DNA of 64,000 nt from Phoronis australis. Taxonomy: Eukaryota > Animalia > Phoronida. A program made the position numbers and the translations under genes. The stretch spans positions 1 to 64,000 of the forward strand of contig NMRA01000851.1 of the NCBI GenBank assembly GCA_002633005.1, given 5' to 3'. Of the stretch, positions 63,784 to 64,000 are shown in pieces. A model generated the notes under the pieces. That model made no database searches, had not been told where the DNA came from, and was given only the letters and a program-made list of their open reading frames with translations. The first letter of the stretch is position 1, and the number at the start of each line of letters is the position of its first letter.

Positions 63784-64000
63784 TGGTGTGGACTTAATAC
63801 ATGTAGGTAAGCGTAGCATACCATGTAGGGGTAGCATTTCTACAGAGTGACCTGCCACCGCACATGCATTTACGAAGACAGTACGTCACCTTTATAATAT
63901 TTAGCAAGCATGACGTACGAAAAGCCAAGACCTCCACAATTTTCCTCCCAGTTCCCACTACATTTGCTTATACAAGGACCGTCGTCGTTTAGCTTGTTCG

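Overview
This is AT-rich eukaryotic (invertebrate animal-type) genomic scaffold DNA with N gaps and haplotype-like near-duplicates at contig joins. There is no prokaryotic operon, rRNA/tRNA or CRISPR signal. The one host gene I can reconstruct lies on the minus strand (about 63.5 kb to 24,955; 5' end outside the window). It is an all-phase-1, exon-shuffled type I membrane protein with F-type-lectin (FTP/F5-8C-like) half-exons, a WSC-like exon, two kringles, TSP1, two short stalk exons, a TM helix and a short tail; the short exons and the TM exon are not in the ORF track. The rest is mostly transposon-derived: Kolobok elements (TTAA TSD, THAP transposase start, KolX-like start), two ISL2EU-like elements (AT TSD, SAP and YqaJ remnants), Harbinger derivatives, a Tc1/mariner-like non-autonomous element, and L1/Tx1, HERO-like and RNase H LINE relics. 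The most striking signal is a very high density of the palindrome TACATGTA. Paired repeat copies show it arises as TA -> TACATGTA, and one pair shows the same site either filled by a CAGT...ACTG element (52,733-54,124) or reduced to TACATGTA (42,854-42,861). This points to a pervasive, frame-preserving excision-footprint process that also writes dipeptides into protein-coding sequence. All calls come from reading and hand-translating the sequence; no database searches were run.
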